Of a stretch of DNA of 64,000 nucleotides, positions 56,935-64,000 are shown piece after piece. This DNA comes from the human T2T-CHM13v2.0 reference genome, Homo sapiens, in assembly GCF_009914755.1 (NCBI RefSeq), contig NC_060940.1. The stretch is one strand, 5' to 3'. The first letter of the stretch is position 1. Each line of letters starts with the position of its first letter. The notes under the pieces are model-generated. The model was given only the letters and a program-made list of their open reading frames with translations. It made no database searches and was not told the origin of the DNA. A program made the position numbers and the translations under genes.

Positions 56935-57216
56935 TTTTCTTTTTTATTTTTTTTTTTTTGAGAAAGGGTCTTGCTCTGTTGCCCAGGCTGGAGTGCAGTG
57001 GTGCGATCATAGCCCACTGTAGCCTCAAACTCTTGGGCTCAAGCGACCCTCCTGGCTCAGAGTAGCTGAGATCACAGGTGCACGCTACCACGCCTGGCTA
57101 ATTTCTTATTTTTTGTAAAGATAGGGTCTGTAGTGAGCTATGTTGCCTCAAACTCCTAGCCTCAAGTGATCCTCCCACCTTGGCTTCTCAAAGTACTGCG
57201 ATTACACGTGTGGGCC
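56935..57216 (-). mobile_element. Alu (AluJ)
   Basis: Diverged dimer. Confidence 0.82.
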
Positions 57217-59339
57217 AGAAAGCAGTGTTTTTCTGAGGGGGCCAAGGTCTTAATACAATGGGATGTTCACAAGGGCTACTGAGGCGATCTGCTGCATGCC
57301 CCTGCACCCCAGCAGGATGGTGGTTTATCTTGACAGGTGCATGCACACACCTGTACCCTTCCACCCCTGCACCAGTCAGCTCACTTCCCTGCCCAGCACC
57401 CTGCTGTGGCCTCGTTCTGCACTTTAGCACAAAATCCATGTTTTTGCTGTGGCCTGCAAAGCCTGCGTGATGTGACCCCTGCTGCCCTTTGCCTTCCATG
57501 ACCTGTGCTTGTCACTTGCCAGCCACACTGGCCTTTGAGCCGTTCCTCAGACTTGCCAAGTTCCTTCTTACCTCAGAGACTTGAGGCAGGCTCCTCCTTC
57601 CCTCCCTGCGCAGGAGTCCACTTAGCAGACTTCCCTTTACGTCTCAGTGACACAGTGGGGAGGTTCCCGGCCCCTTCCCACTGCAAGGAAAGCAAGTGCC
57701 TGCTTCCAGCCTCCAAGATGTCAGGCAGCAAGGAGAATGGGTTGGGAATGGCTTTGGGCATAGCCACCCAGCAGAGCTTGTTTAGTTGAGTGTGATGGAG
57801 AGGTCACCTAGACTGAATGGTGTGGGTAGCAGGTGGCAGGAGGCATGAGAGTCATTTCAGATGGTTTAGGAAAGCCTGAGTGAGAGCGAGAGATCTTCAG
57901 GAGGCTGCTGGGGTAAAGCAAAATCATGGGAGTACTGAGAGGTGAGATTTGAGAGTGTGTGTGGGTTGCTTCCCCAGATCCGTGTTGCCTGCTTCTGTGA
58001 AGATCTGAGATGGGGTGTGTGGTGGGGGGTCTAGGAAGCACTCACTGCATAGCAGTGAAATGCACAGTCTTCATTCCGGAGCAGGGCGTCCGCAGACACA
58101 CCCACCCCGTGGTCATCGTTCCCAGGGCTCTGCTGGCAGAGGATGCACACAGAGGTTGTGCGCAGAGGTTGCAGTGGTTTGCAAAGGTCCAAAGCTATGT
58201 GACTGCTGAACTCTGGGAGCTCTTGGAGTTTACTGCTGGGTGAAGCTGGGTCAACTGCCCAACTGTACCTTCACCTCCCTTCGTAGAAGACAGGGTCGGG
58301 GTGGAGGAAGGGGAGCTGCCAGCTGCCAGTCTGTCCTGAGAGTGCCCAGTCACGAGCCACAGGTGCTTCCTTAAGTTTGGAGCTCTGTTCTGGAAGCAGC
58401 AGTGTGCTCCTGCCCCTACCTCCCCTCCCTTTTAAGTTTGAATCAGAACAAAGGCAGTTCTTGGTGAGGAGGCAACTCAGAAACAGGGGGCAGGGCAGAC
58501 TTCGGGCACCTCCAGTGTCATCTCTGCGTGGCTGCTGAGGTGGAGATCTGGGGCTGATTTAGTCCCATCCACGTGTATTCATGAAGGTGCTGCCATCAGG
58601 CAATGTACTAGGCTGCATGCATGAGGGAAACGCAGAAGGCATGGGTGGAATCCTGCTCACAAGGGACTCGCCATTTAGCTGGGGAGGCTGTGAAGTGAAT
58701 GCCGAAGACGACAGCAGCCCCAAGCGGGAGAAGTGGCTTTGTCTCGTGAGGTCCAGGTCTCTTCTGGCAAGACAGCTTGTCTGAGCTGGGTTTTCAGTGT
58801 GAGTTTCGAGTGAAAGGGTGCTAAATCCTTGAATGTCAAAACCCACTGATTGTTCAGTTTCCAGTTATATTTTTGCTCCAACATCACTGGTCCTCAATAG
58901 TCTACTGTCCTTAGCTTAGAAGTGCAGGTACCTGCACTGGGTACAGCTGGATGTATAATTGCCATTCTCTTCCTGCCGGAGGAGGATGGAATGGAGAATA
59001 TTTCCCCTGTATTCCACATGTTAAGAGATCACCTCTGCACTGGATTCACTGGAGCACCTGGAAGGAGGCCTGATGGAAACCACGCTGCCTGGGACAGCGT
59101 GGTGGACTCTGAGTCTCAGGAGATCCACATGATTCCCATTGTGTTTGTCCAGTTATGCTCTGAGTGTCTCTTGTTGCTCCGCATTTCTGGGCCTTGCTTG
59201 CCTTGACTCCAAGACTGGGCAGCATCCTCTGCTTCCCTTCCCTGCTCTCCAGGACTGAGGAAGTGGATTGAGCAGTCACTCCTTAGGCAGGCATTAGCAC
59301 GGCATCTTTCATTTTGCAGATGCCTAATCTCTTTTCCCC

Positions 59340-59510
59340 ATTGAATCACCTCCATAATTTGGGAGGTTGTCAGGAGGTGCCGTCATGCCCATTTCAGAGG
59401 TGGGGAAACTGAGCCTCAGAGCAGACAAGCCACACATCCATGGCTGCAAGGGAGGTAGAGTCGCCGAGCCGGGCTGGAACCTGGCCCCTCCTGACTACAT
59501 GGCTCCTGTG
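59340..59510. mobile_element. MIR relic
   Basis: cccatttcagaggtggggaaactgagcctcagag. Confidence 0.6.
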
Positions 59511-60618
59511 TTCTGTCTAAGGATGTTCTGGTTATTTCTCAAAGTGTCAGGTGCAGAGTAGGATGGCGCAGAGTTGGTGAGATTCACTCCGGGTGTGAGA
59601 TCTGCCTGCACCCTCTCAGTGGCTGGCTGCATCTAATTAATTGCAGATTATGTGTGAGAGTCTGTTTGAGAATTGCCCGTGCATATGATACCACAGCCTG
59701 AAGGGGAAGGAAGCTGTGCAGCTCCGCATCCTCATTATTTATGAGTATTTCACATGCAATTAATCTTCCTTGCCACCAGTTAACCCCACCACTCCACTGT
59801 GCATGAGGCCAGTGACAACAGATGTTGGCCTCGCAGCCCCAGGGGCCATGGCAGACTCAGGGCTTTAGACGGGTCGGGGTCATATCTCTGCTGGTTGCAT
59901 TTGGCCGGCGAGCGGCCAGCGGACAGGAACAGATGACGAGGACAGCTAATGTGCCACATTCACTTGCAGGAGCCAGAAACTGGTAGGGCTCATCTGCTAT
60001 TCCTGATGAATCACAGCATCTGAGAGCTAGAAGGATTCTAGAAGATGAGCTTGTGTAACCTCCGCATTTTGTAGATGTAACATCTGAGACCCAAAGTGGG
60101 TTTGAAATGCCATGCCAGTTAGAGGCTGGGCCCACAGTCCTTGTCTGTTACTTGCCGTGACATCACATGTCTTTGCTTATAATGTCATTTTTCTCATCCT
60201 GTATATCTCCCACCTTGCTGGCCACGTTGCCTCCCGTGCCAACTCAGTGTAGGTTCCACATAGCATATGAGCTGTGACTCATTTGGTTACAAGGGACAGA
60301 AACCAGCTCAAGCCAGCTTAAGTAAAATAAGGGAATAATATCGTTCCCCTAACTCCAGCATCCAGAGGTACAGCTGCAAGTAGGCGTCCCTGGATCCCAG
60401 GGTTGGATGGTTTTCAGGTCTACCCCTGAAGGGCTCTGTTAGGAGGAGAGAGGTGCAGAGAAGCACACGTCCATGACCTGTGGCCATGCTGGCTTTGCCC
60501 CAGTCCTGTTGAGGCTCTGTCTCTAAAATGACATGATGGTCTTGAGAATGTTGATTTGTGCAGAACCAACATGAAGCCCTGGCCTCTTCATTCTGAGATC
60601 CCATTCGGGAGACAGTGA

Positions 60619-60947
<329 letters not shown>

Positions 60948-60949
60948 TA

Positions 60950-61170
60950 ATTTAGGGCAAATCACTTCATATGTCTCAGTTTCCTAATCTATAAAATGGG
61001 TTTGATTCTAAACACCTGCTTCGTGGCGTGATTTGGAGGGTCGAATGAGATAATTGACACATAGTTTCACCCTGTGCCTGGCACTCGGCTGGTGCCCTGC
61101 TAGCAGTTGCTATTAGGAACACTTAACTTCTCTCGGTCTTTCCATCTGTGAAATGGGGGATGACACCACC
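60950..61170. mobile_element. MIR relics
   Basis: gggcaaatcactt..ctcagtttcct..tataaaatggg; catctgtgaaatggggga. Confidence 0.6.
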
Positions 61171-61601
61171 AGTTCCATCAAATAAGGGACTCGCTGGTTC
61201 CTTTAGTACAGTCAAGCCCAGACCTAGCCTTCAAGGTTGGCAGTGGATGAAAAATTGCCCCTGGCAGAAGCTGAAGTCCGTCCCTCCCCCTCCGTTGCTT
61301 TTTCCTTCAGCCCCCCTCGCTGCTTTCACTGCTGCTGGTGTTGTCTTCTTCTTGGCTGGGAATCCCATCCTATCTGTGGTAGGGACTGGATTCTCCTCCA
61401 CAAGTACCGAAGGAAGAAAGTGGGTTTCTCAGTCTCCCTAGGGTTTATAGACTCATGCAGCTTTGAGAGCCAGGCCAGTGAAACCCCAGGCAGGGATGGG
61501 ACACAGCAGGGTCAGACATGCTCTGACCAGAGAAATTCAGGGGAGTTTTTGCTGCCTCTACTGTATAGCCCAGGCCTTGCCCCTGGGTTGCTCCACCTTG
61601 A

Positions 61602-61603
<2 letters not shown>

Positions 61604-61645
<42 letters not shown>
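61604..61645. repeat. (TG)21 microsatellite
   Basis: Perfect dinucleotide run. Confidence 0.97.
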
Positions 61646-61646
<1 letters not shown>

Positions 61647-62511
61647 TGCTGGGTACTAAGTGGAATCACTCTGTAAAGGCACATAGAACAGCCTGTTATT
61701 CACAAGAGCTCATGTGAATATCTTTGCAGAATGTGCCATCTCTTCTTGCAGACCTACTGATTTTGTGTTTTGCAGTGAAGAATGGGTAGGCTCCACTATG
61801 CACGGTTTCACATTTATCTGGAGCCATCTAATTAACACCTGTACTCCACTTGTCACCTGAACCTGGTCCTTTGGCGGGTTTCTGCAATATGTTCCTCCTC
61901 GAGGCCTTTCTTTGTGAAACACGTGTGTACCTCGCTTGCAGCTCTCTGCCCACTGACGGAGAAGTGAGTGAGCCTCTTGTGTAATTGATGGATAAGCCCT
62001 CCACTGCACCCCGCAAGAGGAGTATTCTTAGGGGAGCAGCTGTCTTCCTTTCCACCCTCGTCCCACTCTCCCTAACTGCTTTTTCAACTGGATCAGTAAG
62101 GATTTAGTGTTAAACAATATTTGGATTCATTGTGGTGAAATAATCCAAATTGACCGTGCCAGGTGATGGAGACAAAGATATCTGCCATACTAATTTCCAA
62201 ACTCTCCTGTAAGTGCAATATAGTGATTTTGAAAAACTCTCTCTCCTAATTGTGGGAAACAGTTTGGTGGATCCTTAAAACGTTAGTGGAATTACCGCAT
62301 GTCCCTGTAATTCCACTTCTAGGTACACATCCAAAAGAACTGAAAGTAGAGACTCAAACAGGTAACTATGCACAAAGGTTGATGGCAACATGATCACAAT
62401 CTCCAAAAGGTGGAAACAGCTCAGTATAAATGTCCATTATCTGAAGAATGGATTAACAAATTGTGGCATATCCATACAGTGGAACATGATTCAGCTATAA
62501 AAGGAATGAGG

Positions 62512-63744
<1,233 letters not shown>

Positions 63745-64000
63745 AGGAGCCAGGCAAAAAGACTCTATTAAAAAAGAAGACCACATAAGAGATGATTCCG
63801 TTTCTGTGAAGCATTGGAGTAGGTAAATTCATAGAGACGCAATGTGGATCAGAGGTTGCCAGGGAGGAGGATGAAATGGGAAGAAATTGCTTAATGGGTA
63901 AGAGGTTTTGCTTTGGCGTGGTAGAAACGTTCTAGAACTGGATAGTAGTGATGGTTGCACAACATTTTGAACGTACTAAAGGCCACTGAATTGTTCACTT

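Overview
Primate, most likely human, genomic DNA with no prokaryotic features. The window is almost entirely intronic sequence of SNX29 (sorting nexin 29 / RUNDC2A) on the + strand; a segmental-duplication paralogue cannot be excluded from sequence alone. It holds three consecutive, phase-compatible coding exons (7646-7764, 15171-15246, 24945-25027), followed by more than 39 kb of one large intron. The rest is about 48 Alus, a full-length but ORF-disrupted antisense L1PA3 (16300-22415), a twin-primed 5'-inverted L1PA7-like copy (47894-49977), MLT2/MLT1A/MST LTRs, Tigger/MER20 DNA transposons, MIR/L2 relics, an Alu-interrupted RPS23 processed pseudogene, a near-perfect CTCF motif and a 21 x 44-bp VNTR. 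Three observations stand out. (1) The antisense L1PA3 has every part of a 'gene-breaking' cassette: its antisense promoter region and open ORF0 point into SNX29, ORF0 splice donor 2 is exactly in phase with the next SNX29 exon (predicting an ORF0-SNX29 fusion without the RUN domain), and its antisense poly(A) signal lies downstream of an open read-through of the preceding exon. (2) The VNTR, amplified from an old L1M 3' end, has built 17 copies of the canonical HIF element TACGTGCT in a new CpG-dense array. (3) One Alu carries a copy of the flank of a neighbouring Alu and was later split by the L1. Repeat subfamily calls are by eye and from memory of consensus sequences, so boundaries are approximate.
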